Below are positions 18,490-28,392 of a DNA stretch of 64,000 bases, in pieces. The notes under the pieces are model-generated. The model did no database searches and was not told the DNA's origin. It saw nothing but the letters and a program-made list of their open reading frames with translations. Source of the stretch: a virus; the IMG/VR virus record IMGVR_UViG_3300037462_000828, positions 47,727-111,726 of that record. The stretch is one strand, 5' to 3'. The position numbers were made by a program, and so were the translations under genes. Numbering within the stretch: position 1 is the first letter of the stretch; each line of letters opens with the position of its first letter.

Positions 18490-19160
18490 CCGCCCCCCGA
18501 CGCTGGACGCCCGAGGAAGACCTCGTGCTCGAGAGGGACTGGGGGACGTACAACGTCGAGACGATCGCCGAGCGCCTCGGCCGAACCCCCTACGGGGTTC
18601 AGGCCCGCGTCGACAAGCTGCGCCTCGGCGGCCGGCTGCGCGGCCGCACGACGCTCGCCGCCTTCGCGTCCGCGCTCGGGCAGCAGCCGCACCGGGTCAA
18701 GCGGGCCGCGAAGTTCCTCGGCATTCCCCTGCCGCGCGCGGCCAAGGGCTCGCAGCGGAGCCGGTCGAAAAAGGGCGTTCGGCCGCGGCGCGCCTTCGCG
18801 CTCGAGCCGCGCCAGTGCGAAGCGCTCGAGGCCTTTTTCCGGTCGCACCCCGACGGGCAAAACGTCGGCGGCGTCGGCCCCTACTACACCGACGAGCAGT
18901 CGTGGGAGGGCCGCCCCGGCGGCTGCGCCGACTGCGGTACGACCGAGCGGCGACACAAGGCGCGCGGTCTTTGCGACCGCTGCGACAAGCGCGCGCGCGA
19001 CCGGGCCGCCGCCGCCGCGTCGTGGGCCGACGCGCCCGGCGGCGCGTGCCCCGCCTGCCGCGAGACGCGCTACCTTCGTCAGCCGAGCGGCCTGTGCGGC
19101 GGCTGTAGCTTTCGCCGCGAGCGCAAGGGCCGCACGTACGCCCGGGCGGCCGAGCCATGA
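18486..19160 (+). CDS. Myb/SANT-like HTH plus zinc-finger protein
   Basis: RRWTPEED..IAERLGRT..VQARVDKL; CADC..HKARGLCDRC. Confidence 0.7.
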   Translation: MTAPRRWTPEEDLVLERDWGTYNVETIAERLGRTPYGVQARVDKLRLGGRLRGRTTLAAFASALGQQPHRVKRAAKFLGIPLPRAAKGSQRSRSKKGVRPRRAFALEPRQCEALEAFFRSHPDGQNVGGVGPYYTDEQSWEGRPGGCADCGTTERRHKARGLCDRCDKRARDRAAAAASWADAPGGACPACRETRYLRQPSGLCGGCSFRRERKGRTYARAAEP

Positions 19161-19930
19161 CGGCCCCCCCGCCGCCGCCCGCCCGGGCGTGGAAGCCCGC
19201 CGAAGACGAAAAACTCCTCGCGTCGTGGGCCGTCGCCCGCCCCGGCCCGATCGCGAGCCGGCTCGGCCGTCGCCTGGCCGACGTCGTCGCGCGCGCCCGC
19301 GCGCTCGGGCTCGACGTTCCCGGCCCGCCGAAGCGCCTGCGCCGGTGGTCGGAGGCCGACGACATCGCCCTCGAGAGGGACTGGACGTTTTTCGAACTCC
19401 ACACCATCGCCGCGCGCCTCGGGCGCAGCATTCCCTCGGTGCAAAAGCGCGCGCAGCACCTCAAACTCGGCGGCACGATGCGCGGCCGGCGCTCGCTCGT
19501 CGCCTTCGCGCGGGCCACGGGGTACAGCGAGAAGCGCGTGCGCACCGCGGTGCGCGCCCTCGGCCTGCGCCTTCCCCGCTGCGCCCGCGCCGCGGCCGGC
19601 GCGGCGCGGCATAGCCGCCGAGGGGGCCGCCGGTGGTACGCTCTCGAGGAAGAGCACGAGCGTACCCTGCTCGCCTTCCTCGCCTCGTACCCCGACGGCG
19701 AGCGCATCCGAGTGCCCCGCCGCGCGCCGCCCGGGGCGTCGCCGCGGCCGGTCGGCCCGAGCTGGGCGCCGTGGCCCGGCCAAGCCTGCCCCGGCCCGGG
19801 CGGCGACGCCGCCTGCGCGACGCCCGACCGCGAGCACTTCTCCGGCGGCCGGTGCCGGCCCTGCTACTACCGGGCCTACCGCGCCGCCCGCGCGGCGCGC
19901 GCCGAGGGGGAGGCCGCCCGTGTGGCGTGA
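19157..19930 (+). CDS. Myb/SANT-like HTH repeat plus zinc-finger protein (paralogue of upstream gene)
   Basis: WKPAED, RRWSEADD..IAARLGRS..VQKRAQHL; H..GRCRPCY. Confidence 0.7.
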   Translation: MTAPPPPPARAWKPAEDEKLLASWAVARPGPIASRLGRRLADVVARARALGLDVPGPPKRLRRWSEADDIALERDWTFFELHTIAARLGRSIPSVQKRAQHLKLGGTMRGRRSLVAFARATGYSEKRVRTAVRALGLRLPRCARAAAGAARHSRRGGRRWYALEEEHERTLLAFLASYPDGERIRVPRRAPPGASPRPVGPSWAPWPGQACPGPGGDAACATPDREHFSGGRCRPCYYRAYRAARAARAEGEAARVA

Positions 19931-20420
19931 CCTGCGCGCCGACATCGCTAGCCTCTTCGACGGCTGTCGCGCCCCCGGGCTCGCCGACGCCGAGGCCCGG
20001 CTCGAGCGGCTCGGCCGTCTCGCCGCCGCGCGCGCGAGCCGCCAGGCCGAGCGGCGCGCCGAGCGCCTTCGCCTCGACCCGGCCTACGCCGCCCGGAGGC
20101 GGGCCGTCGTCGCCGCGAGCAAGGCGCGCGCCGAGGGGCGCGACCCCGGGGCCTACCGGCCACGCGGCGGGCCCGTGCCGGCCCCGGCCGAGCGCCGCCG
20201 GGCCCACGCCGCGTGGGGGCCCGGGCGCCCCGCCTGCGCCGGCTGCGGCGGCACGGCCCGGGCCCACAAGGCGCGCGGGCTCTGTACCGCGTGCTACGCC
20301 CCCGCCGAGACCTTCGGGGGCCCCGAGGCTTATCGCGCCGCCGAGCGCGCCCGTATCTGTTCGGTGCGGGCGCGGGCCCGCGCGCCGTTGACGACGCAAC
20401 TACGGAGAGACCCACCGTGA
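19920..20420 (+). CDS. Zinc-finger protein
   Basis: CAGC..HKARGLCTACY, shared with 18486-19160. Confidence 0.55.
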   Translation: MWRDLRADIASLFDGCRAPGLADAEARLERLGRLAAARASRQAERRAERLRLDPAYAARRRAVVAASKARAEGRDPGAYRPRGGPVPAPAERRRAHAAWGPGRPACAGCGGTARAHKARGLCTACYAPAETFGGPEAYRAAERARICSVRARARAPLTTQLRRDPP

Positions 20421-20598
20421 TGAACAACTCAAAGACCGGCCCCGCCGCGCCCGAAGACCTGGCCGACCTGCGGCGACGCGCCGCGAAGGCCCGCCAACTA
20501 TCCGCCGATTTCGATGCCCTCGCCTGCAATCTCGAGGCCCGTGTCGCGGCGCGCGAAGCGGCGAACCGCGGCGACGAGGCGGCCGCGCCGGAGGGCCT

Positions 20599-21168
20599 AT
20601 GATCGATCTGGCGAGCCTGCGCGTCGAGGCCGCCCGTCTCGCCCGCCGGGCGCCGCGGCACGTACGGGCCGACGCCGAGGCGGAGATCGTCGCCGCGGGC
20701 CTGGCCGGCGCGCCGCTCTCGGGCGTCATTCGCGCCATGCTACGCCCCGGACGCGGCGCCTACGGGTCGATGCTCGCGCCCCCGCAGAGCGCGCCCGACG
20801 AAGAGGCGCCGCCGCCCGACCCCGAGCGCGCCGAGGCCGAAGCCGAGCAAGACGCCCGCCTGGCCGCCGCGCTGGCGTCGGCGCCCCTTAGCGGCTTCGA
20901 GCGCGCCGTCGTCGAACGGATGCTCGGCGGGTCGACCGTCGCCGCCGCCGCGGCCGCCTGGGGGCGCACCCAATCGGCCGGCACCTACGCGTGGCAGCGC
21001 GCGTGCGATCTCGCCGCCGGTCGTCGGCTGAGGGGCGGGCCTCGGAGGGCCGAACGCCGCTCGGGCTCCGGCGCGCCGCCCCGGGCCCCGCGTGCGGCGG
21101 CGCCGCCGAGCCCGGGGTTCGTCGACTGGTCGAACGTCGATTACCTCTTTGCCAAGAGGTCGGCGTGA
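20599..21168 (+). CDS. Degenerate sigma factor / sigma region-4-like HTH protein
   Basis: PDPE..AALASAPLSGFERAVVERMLGGSTVAAAAAAWGRTQS. Confidence 0.45.
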   Translation: MIDLASLRVEAARLARRAPRHVRADAEAEIVAAGLAGAPLSGVIRAMLRPGRGAYGSMLAPPQSAPDEEAPPPDPERAEAEAEQDARLAAALASAPLSGFERAVVERMLGGSTVAAAAAAWGRTQSAGTYAWQRACDLAAGRRLRGGPRRAERRSGSGAPPRAPRAAAPPSPGFVDWSNVDYLFAKRSA

Positions 21169-21496
21169 GCGCGGAGCCCGATTTCGCCCCGCGCACGGGC
21201 TCGGTCGCCGAAGCCCTGCGCCGACTCGACCCGGCCGCGGGGTGGCGCTACGCCGGCCCCGCGGCCGGCGGGTACGAGCGCTTCACGCGCGCCGACGGCG
21301 GCCTGATCGACATCGATCTCCACACGGCGTGCGCCGCCCAGTCGGCCGAGGAGGTCGCGGCTTACGTCGCGGCCAAGGCCGACGAGTGGTCCGAGCGAGG
21401 CGGCCCGATCGGGTAGGCGGCGAAGGCCCCTTACGGGCCGGCGGGGGCGGCCGTTGGTAGGGTACGAGGGGCCCGCGATGCCAAGGGCCCCGGGAG

Positions 21497-21853
21497 GTGC
21501 CCTTGTTTGCTGACTACGACGTCCTTGCTGCCATTGCGGCCGGTCGCCCGGGCCGTACGCCCCGGCCCGTGGTCTCCGACCACGCCGTCAAGCGCTTCGT
21601 TCAGCGCATTCGACCGAGCGCCGCGTACGAGGCCGCGCGCGAGATGATCGAGCGGGCGCTCGACTCGGCCGTTCGAATGCGGCGCCGGCCGGGCGAGGCG
21701 CTCGATCTCTGGTGGGTGCCCGACCCGTCGTTTCTTCTCGCCGTCAAGGCCGACCCGTCGGGGGCTCCGACGGTCGTCACCGTCCTGCCGCCCGAGTGGC
21801 AGACGAGCGGGACGTGCCAGCGCGTGCTCGGCCTCGCCGGGGGTGACCTTTGA
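21497..21853 (+). CDS. Hypothetical protein, possible RelE/DUF4258-like fold
   Basis: VSDHAVKRFVQR...TVVTVLP. Confidence 0.4.
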   Translation: MPLFADYDVLAAIAAGRPGRTPRPVVSDHAVKRFVQRIRPSAAYEAAREMIERALDSAVRMRRRPGEALDLWWVPDPSFLLAVKADPSGAPTVVTVLPPEWQTSGTCQRVLGLAGGDL

Positions 21854-22476
21854 GCGCCGCCCGGCCGCCCGCGTTCGGCACGCAGGCCTACCGCCGCGCC
21901 TACCTACGCCGTCTCGAGGCGCTCTGGGCGCGCCGGCCCGACGTGACGCTGAGCGCCCTTCATCTCGAGGCGTCGCGCGCGGTCGTGCTCGCCCGGCTCG
22001 AGAACCGCCCGGCGCCCGAGGGCATGTCGGGTAGTTGCGACCCGGTCGAGCATGACGAAAAGATGCTCGAGATCCTCGCGTGGTACCTCGACAGTGGCGC
22101 CGAGCGCGGGGCCCGGGACAAGCCGCCCGGGGCTGCCCCGGCGCACAAGGCCCCGGCGTTCTCGTCTCGCGCTGTCAGCGCCCGATTGACGCGTGCAGGC
22201 CTCACGAAGCGAACCGCGGGCCGCCATTCTTCGGGCGACTTTTACGTCGGCGCCGCGGCGCGGTGGACGTTGCCCAAAGGCTCTCCGCCCACGATCGACA
22301 TCTGCATCTGCCCGTCCGAGGGCGGGGCCGAGTCAAGGATGCTCTGCCACGAAAAAGCCGTCCGCGTGCTTGAGAGCGCTGGCTATACGCTAGGCAAGAA
22401 CAAGCCGCCCGATGGCCTTCACGGCTTCGGCCGTATTTGGGTCATCGGCCCCCAGGTCGCCGAGGCGGCTCCGTGA
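21850..22476 (+). CDS. Hypothetical protein
   Basis: Coupled ORF. Confidence 0.5.
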   Translation: MSAARPPAFGTQAYRRAYLRRLEALWARRPDVTLSALHLEASRAVVLARLENRPAPEGMSGSCDPVEHDEKMLEILAWYLDSGAERGARDKPPGAAPAHKAPAFSSRAVSARLTRAGLTKRTAGRHSSGDFYVGAAARWTLPKGSPPTIDICICPSEGGAESRMLCHEKAVRVLESAGYTLGKNKPPDGLHGFGRIWVIGPQVAEAAP

Positions 22477-23012
22477 ACCCCCGCCGCCGGCGCGTCGCGC
22501 GCCACCGCCGAGCCGCCGCCCGCGAGCGCCGCGCGCTCTTCGGCTGGCTCCGGGCGAATGCCCGCGGGTGGGGGCCCGTCCTCGCCCGAGGCGATATGTA
22601 CTACGAGCTCTGCCGCACGACCCGGTGCGATTGCTGCGCCGCCGAGTACGACCCCGAACTCGCCGTGCCCCCGAGCGAGGCCGGCTGGGTCGGCGAGCGC
22701 TGCCCCGCGTGCTGGGCCGACTACAAGGGCCCGCGCCCGGTCCCCTGCCAAGGCTGCCCCGGCGCGGGCCGCTGCTACCGCCGCGCGGGCGAGGTCGCCG
22801 AGGCGTTCGGCCTGCCTTTGCCGGCCGACTACGCCGTCTTGGTCTGCGATACGTGCGGCGCGAAGAAGTGCGAGAGCGTCGACGAAATGCGCGCCCTCGC
22901 GCGCGTCGTCTACGCGGCCGCGCGCCTCGCCGGCCGCCAGGTGCGCATGGTCTTTTACGAGCTTCCGAGCGGCGAAACCGTTCGGATACCCGCGGAGTGG
23001 GTGAAGCGATGA
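22473..23012 (+). CDS. Cys-rich (multiple CxxC) hypothetical protein
   Basis: CDCC, CPAC, CQGC, CDTC. Confidence 0.6.
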   Translation: MNPRRRRVARHRRAAARERRALFGWLRANARGWGPVLARGDMYYELCRTTRCDCCAAEYDPELAVPPSEAGWVGERCPACWADYKGPRPVPCQGCPGAGRCYRRAGEVAEAFGLPLPADYAVLVCDTCGAKKCESVDEMRALARVVYAAARLAGRQVRMVFYELPSGETVRIPAEWVKR

Positions 23013-23187
23013 GCGGAAAACGAAACCTTCCGTCGGGCCTGTCGACGCTCGACATTTGCTGTTCGTCGTGCGGAAACCCCGCCGACGTGATACGCGCGTG
23101 CTGTCCCGAGCCGTGGGCCTGCGTGCGCAACCCCGCCGGCCGGGCCTACGCCCGGGCCGCGCACGAAGCGCGCAAGGCGGGGGCGTC

Positions 23188-24849
23188 GTGACCTCGAGAG
23201 GCAATGCGCGCCGCCGGCTGTCGCCCGCCATGGTTGCAACCCTTTTGCGCGTCGGCGCCGGCGGTAGGAAGGGCACGTCGGATTGGTTCTGGCGAGACAT
23301 GAAGCCTCTAGCTTCTAGAGGGCTCGTCGAGCGCAAAGACCCGCCGCACCCGGCCTGCAAACTCAACTTTGGCAGCGCCACTATCTACAGGCTCACGGCG
23401 CTTGGCAAAAGGGCGGTCGCCGGCTACGCAAAAGGGGTCGCGCCCGCCGACGAACTCGCCCAAGCGCGGGCCGACCTCGCCGCGATGACGGCGCGGGCCG
23501 AGGCCGCCGAAGAGCGAGCCGCGCGCCTCGAGCGATCGGAGTCTACGGCCCTCGCGATGCTGAGCCGTTCGGTCGAAGCGAGGGCCGAACTCGAGCGATA
23601 CCGATACGACGTCGAACGGGCGCTGCGGTCGGCGCTCGCGATCGAAGAATGGGACGAAGCCGTCGGCGCCGTCGGGTACGTCAAGCGCCTGCGCGAGGGG
23701 CACGGCACGCAGGCCGACGCGTGGCTCGCCTGGGGCCGCGACGCGCTTACGCGTCACGACGTCAAGCGGACGGGGGTCGAGGCCCGCGACTGGCCGAACC
23801 GAAGCGGCGAGGCCGTGCGGGACGAGATCGGGTTTCTCGTCGGCGAGGCCGATGGAGCGTGGGGGTTTGCCTACCACGAGAAAACGAAGCGGTTGGAGGT
23901 CGAGGGGCGCGAGACGAACCTCAAGAGAGAGAAGCGTTGCCTTGCGCTCGCCCTCGAGATGCTTCGCAGCGATCGCGACCTGCGGCGCGAGGAAGCCAAC
24001 GACTACTCGCGCGCCATTTGCTTCGAGACGACGTGCCTCGGTTGCGCCCGCCTGCTCGAGCAAATGCACACGCTCGAGGACGGGCCGAACGGGCGCAACC
24101 CGTGGCGCGATCGGGCCGCGCGCTGGAAGGCGTTCGCCGCCAAGGCGTGGCGCGAGAACGTCGCTATGGCCCGGGGCCTTCAGGGGGCGTACGAGCTCAA
24201 CGCGCGCACCGCGGGGGCTCGCTACCGGGCCGAGAACGCGGCGGGCCGGTGGAAGGCCCTTGCGCGCGCGATGCGCAAGGGCGCGGCCACGAGCTGGTGG
24301 CTCGTCGGCGAAAGCCTCGGCGCCGCCGCCCGCGCCGAGGACGACGCGCATTGGGCACGAGAAGAGGCCGAGCGCCGGGGCGCTCACCTCGTCGAGGCCC
24401 GGCGCGAACTCGCCGCCGCGCGCCGCGACTACGACCGTTGGGCCGCCGAGAAGAACGCGGGGCGCCGACACTTGGCGGCGCGGCTTACGAGCGCCCTCGC
24501 CGGCGCCGCGCGCGCCGAGGCGTCGGCGAACGAGGCCCGCCGGGAGGCCGCCCGCGCGCACGCCGTGCTCGGGGCGCCGCCGGCGTCGCTGCTCTCCGCG
24601 GAGCAGAGCGGCGCGTCGTGGCACGGCCTCCGCGCCGAGGTCGCCGAACTCGGCCGGCAGTTTTGGTGGGCGCTCGGGTGCTGCTCGTTCGACCCGACCG
24701 ACGCCGAGTCGACGGCCAAGTACCGCGCGATCGCCGACGAGGCCCGCGAGCGGCTCGTCGCCCTCGGCTACTGGGTCGACGGCCGGCGCCTCTCGCCCGA
24801 GCAGGTGGCCGCCTGGCGCGCGGGCTCCGGCGAACAAGAGGGCGGGTAG
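23188..24849 (+). CDS. Long coiled-coil protein with N-terminal wHTH-like segment
   Basis: LASRGLVE..YRLTALGK; RARW-rich heptads. Confidence 0.6.
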   Translation: MTSRGNARRRLSPAMVATLLRVGAGGRKGTSDWFWRDMKPLASRGLVERKDPPHPACKLNFGSATIYRLTALGKRAVAGYAKGVAPADELAQARADLAAMTARAEAAEERAARLERSESTALAMLSRSVEARAELERYRYDVERALRSALAIEEWDEAVGAVGYVKRLREGHGTQADAWLAWGRDALTRHDVKRTGVEARDWPNRSGEAVRDEIGFLVGEADGAWGFAYHEKTKRLEVEGRETNLKREKRCLALALEMLRSDRDLRREEANDYSRAICFETTCLGCARLLEQMHTLEDGPNGRNPWRDRAARWKAFAAKAWRENVAMARGLQGAYELNARTAGARYRAENAAGRWKALARAMRKGAATSWWLVGESLGAAARAEDDAHWAREEAERRGAHLVEARRELAAARRDYDRWAAEKNAGRRHLAARLTSALAGAARAEASANEARREAARAHAVLGAPPASLLSAEQSGASWHGLRAEVAELGRQFWWALGCCSFDPTDAESTAKYRAIADEARERLVALGYWVDGRRLSPEQVAAWRAGSGEQEGG

Positions 24850-25380
24850 TGTACGCCATCGCCTGGCTCGTCGGCGCCCTCGCCCGGCGCCGGCGGGCAA
24901 CCCCCGCCCCGGCCGAGGTGCCTACGGTGCGCCTGCCCGACCCCTTCCCGCCGGACGCCCCCGCGCGGGCCCCCGGCGGGCCCTACCGGGCGCCGCCCGC
25001 CCGGCCCCCGACCGAGCCCGTCCCGGGCGCCCCCGGCCCCGCCTCGGGGCGCCCGGGGCCGGCGGTCCACCCGACGTGGTGGCGATCGTTTTGGGCGCTC
25101 GCCGCCGAGGGCCGGGTCAACGGCTTCGACCCCGACCGGGCCCGGGCGGTGCTCGCCGAGCACGACGCGGCGACCCTCGCCGACCGGGAGGCCGTCCGCG
25201 CCTTCGAGGCGGCCGCCGCCGAGGCCGAGCGCTTTCAGTTCGTCGGGCCCGCCGAGCGGGGGCGCCTCGCGTTTCGCTACACGGTCCACCGATCGCTGAT
25301 GGCGCTCTAAACCTTCGGGCCGCCCGGGCCGTACCCTACCGCCGAGCCCGCGGGGGAGGCCCGGGGCGCGAAAGGTACCG

Positions 25381-25992
25381 ATGATCGAGACGACGACCGA
25401 CCTACACGCAACCAAGCGCGTCACCGTACCCGAGGCCGAAAAGGTGCTTGGCCCGAAGAGGGCGACCGGATTCGACTGGCAGCCTTCCTCCGTCGAACTG
25501 GCGCGCTTCTGGTCGCGAGTGCCCGAAGTCGCCGACCCGGACGCGTGCCGCCCGTTTTCGGGGCGCCTCGTTCGCGGCTACGGGCAGTTCGACTACCGCG
25601 GCCGCGGCATCCCGTCGCACCGGTTCGCGCTCTGGGCTTCCGAGCTAAAGGGCCCGCTGCCGCCGAGGGCCATTTGCGCGCTCCACGATTGCGACAACCC
25701 GCCGTGCTGCAACCCGCGGCATTTGAAGTGGGGGACGCAAAAGAAGAACGCCGCGGACCGCGACGCGCGCGGTCGCGGCAAGGTCCCTTCGGTCGCGACA
25801 AGGCTGGCCTCGCCCAGCGGCGTCGTGCGAGGGGGGCGGCACGGCTCAGCGAAGCTTACCGCCGATCGCGTCGAAGACGCGAAAGCGATGATCGCGCGCG
25901 GCATGAGCTTCGGGGACGTGGCGGTGTTCATGGGCGTCAGCAGGGGAACGATCCACAGGGCAGTGACGGGAAGGACGTGGTCCAATGGCTGA
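25381..25992 (+). CDS. Free-standing HNH homing endonuclease
   Basis: RFWSRV..DAC..GYGQF..SHRFA..ALHDCDNPPCCNPRHLKWGTQKKN; C-terminal AKLT..HTH. Confidence 0.92.
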   Translation: MIETTTDLHATKRVTVPEAEKVLGPKRATGFDWQPSSVELARFWSRVPEVADPDACRPFSGRLVRGYGQFDYRGRGIPSHRFALWASELKGPLPPRAICALHDCDNPPCCNPRHLKWGTQKKNAADRDARGRGKVPSVATRLASPSGVVRGGRHGSAKLTADRVEDAKAMIARGMSFGDVAVFMGVSRGTIHRAVTGRTWSNG

Positions 25993-27454
25993 GACGAAGA
26001 GGTTGACGGTACCGGCCGCCGAAGAGGTTCTAGGGCTGTATTTCGGCGTCCTTGACTACGGTTTTGTCGGTTTGGTTGACTATCTCGGCGGCGACCCGTC
26101 GGTCGTGCGGGCCGCCCGCGTCTCGTACGGCGCCGGCACGCGCAAAACGAGCGATGACGCGGGCCTTATCGACTACCTGCGACGGCACGCGCACACAACA
26201 CCGACCGAGATGATCGAGGTCGTCCTACATATGGCGATGCCGATGTTCGTCGCCCGGCAGTGGATAAGGACGCGCACCGCGAGCGTCAACGAATACTCGG
26301 GCCGCTACAGCCTGATGCCGCTCGTCTTCTACACCCCCCCGGCCGACCAACTTCGGCCTCAGTCGACGACGAACAAGCAAGGCCGCGGGGGCGAGGCGCT
26401 CGACGCCGCCCGGTACGAGGCGGCCGCCGCCGCCTGGAACGACGGGCGCGACCGCGCCGTCGACGCCTACCTCGACTTGACCGAGGGCGACGTCGCCCGC
26501 GAACTCGCGCGCATCGACCTGCCGCTCTCGACCTACACCCAGTGGTACTGGAAGATCGACCTTCACAACTTGCTCAAGATGATGACCCTCCGGGTCGACC
26601 CGCACGCCCAGTGGGAAACGCGCCAGTACGCCGAGGTCGTCGCCGGCATCGCCCGGCGCGTCGCCCCCCTCTCCTACGAGGCGTGGGTCGAGCACGACGT
26701 CGCCGGCGTTCGGTTCGGCGCGCGCGAGCGCGAGGCCCTTCGCCTCATGCTCGAGGGCGTCGCCGTCGGCACGGTCGAGGCCGCCCGAGAGGCGGGGCTC
26801 TCGGGCCGGTCGCGCGACGAGTTTTTCGCCAAACTCAAGCCGCGCCCGCGCCCCGACTTCCGCGTCGACCCCGCCGGCGGATTGCCGCCCGAGCACTTCG
26901 CCGAGCGCTTCGAGCGCCTCAACGCCGAGGCCGTCGCCGCGAGCAAGTACCGGCGCGGGATCGGCGCGCCCGAAAACGCGTTCGAGTTGATCACGCCCGA
27001 AGGCTTCGAGGCGCCCGCGGCGCCGGCGCCGAGCGAGGCCGCCGCGACGGAAGAGCCGGCCGGCGCCGTGCCCGCCGACTTCGATGCCGCCCTCGACGCG
27101 CTCGACCGGTGCCTTAGCGCCGAGGACAAGGCCGCTCTCCGCGCGCGTGGCTACGTGCCGTTTCATGCGACGATCGGCCGCTGGATACGCAACGCGTGGG
27201 GCCTCTGGTCGACGCCGGGCGGCCCGCTCAAAGAGCACCTCGCCTCGCTCGGCCTGACGCACCCCGACGACATGAGCGGCGTCGTGCTCGCCGCCTACGT
27301 CGCGCGCCTGCGCGGCACCGGGTTCGACCTCCCCGCCGCCGTCGCCCGCTACCGGCGGTTTTGGGAGGCGCCCCGGTCGGGCCACGACCCCGAGTTGATG
27401 GCCGCCGTCGCCGACGTCGGGCCCGAGGCCGGGCCGCACGGGGGCGCGTCGTGA
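25985..27454 (+). CDS. thyX: FAD-dependent thymidylate synthase with C-terminal extra domain (DUF6794-like)
   Basis: AARVSYG, HTTPTE, PMFVARQWIRTRTASVNEYSGRY, ARELARIDLP, DPHAQWE; tail GRWIRNAWGLW..HPDDMSGVVL. Confidence 0.93.
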   Translation: MAETKRLTVPAAEEVLGLYFGVLDYGFVGLVDYLGGDPSVVRAARVSYGAGTRKTSDDAGLIDYLRRHAHTTPTEMIEVVLHMAMPMFVARQWIRTRTASVNEYSGRYSLMPLVFYTPPADQLRPQSTTNKQGRGGEALDAARYEAAAAAWNDGRDRAVDAYLDLTEGDVARELARIDLPLSTYTQWYWKIDLHNLLKMMTLRVDPHAQWETRQYAEVVAGIARRVAPLSYEAWVEHDVAGVRFGAREREALRLMLEGVAVGTVEAAREAGLSGRSRDEFFAKLKPRPRPDFRVDPAGGLPPEHFAERFERLNAEAVAASKYRRGIGAPENAFELITPEGFEAPAAPAPSEAAATEEPAGAVPADFDAALDALDRCLSAEDKAALRARGYVPFHATIGRWIRNAWGLWSTPGGPLKEHLASLGLTHPDDMSGVVLAAYVARLRGTGFDLPAAVARYRRFWEAPRSGHDPELMAAVADVGPEAGPHGGAS

Positions 27455-28392
27455 GCGCGGGCAAGCACCACGGCTGGCGGCAAAGCGGCGCTACCGGGCA
27501 GTGGGCCCTCGTGGGCGACGACGCGAAGGTGTTCGTGGCGCGCCTCGGCGACGGCCGCGTTCGGCTCATCGTACGCAAGGCGTGCGACGGCGAGGGGGCG
27601 CTACTTACGCCCGAGCAGTTCGCGTTCTTCGGCCGCATGGGGTTTCCGTCCGAGCCCGGCCCGCCCCCGCCGGGCGCCGAGGAGCCGGTCGTGATCGAGC
27701 CGGAGACCTACGCCTCGGCGCTCGCCCACTTGTCCGAGTGCCACGCGGCGCTTCCGCCGTGGCACGGCCCCCCGAACCCCTCGCTCCTCGACCGCGTCAA
27801 GGCGGCCGCCGCGCGACTCGAGACGCACGAGGCCGATCTGGCCGAGGCGTCCGGCGCGCTCATGCTGCCGCTCCCCGAGCCAGGGTCGGTCGAGGCGAAG
27901 CTCCTGCGCGCCAACGGCATCCTACGCCGCGAGCGCGACACGCTCCGTGACCTAACCCGCAAACTTGGCTTCCCCTTCGCCGACTACGACAAGCCGCGCG
28001 AGGACGACGGGGTCGTACCCCGCGACGCGTGCGAGGCGCGCATCGACCGGTTGCTCGGGTACGAGTCTGAGGGCGTCGCCGACGCGAACGCCCTTCGCGC
28101 CGCTCTCGCGGATATCAACCGGGCGATCCGCGACCTCGAGGCCCTCGCCGACGGCGGGACGGTCCACACGCGACAAGCCCGCAAAAGGCTCGGCCATGCC
28201 GCTACGTCGATCGGCTACGCCCTCGCGCGCGCCGAGCGCCGCGCCGAGCGGTACACCGAGAGCGCGGCCGCCGAGAGCGAGGTCGCCGAGGTGCCGCCCG
28301 CCGTCGGCGTCGCTAGCCTCGCCGCCGACCTCGCCGCTCTGACGGAGCGGGTCGTCGACCTCGAGCAAAAGGCAAAGGAGCCCCGAACGTGA
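27451..28392 (+). CDS. Hypothetical protein
   Basis: Coupled GTG start; coiled-coil segments. Confidence 0.6.
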   Translation: MSAGKHHGWRQSGATGQWALVGDDAKVFVARLGDGRVRLIVRKACDGEGALLTPEQFAFFGRMGFPSEPGPPPPGAEEPVVIEPETYASALAHLSECHAALPPWHGPPNPSLLDRVKAAAARLETHEADLAEASGALMLPLPEPGSVEAKLLRANGILRRERDTLRDLTRKLGFPFADYDKPREDDGVVPRDACEARIDRLLGYESEGVADANALRAALADINRAIRDLEALADGGTVHTRQARKRLGHAATSIGYALARAERRAERYTESAAAESEVAEVPPAVGVASLAADLAALTERVVDLEQKAKEPRT

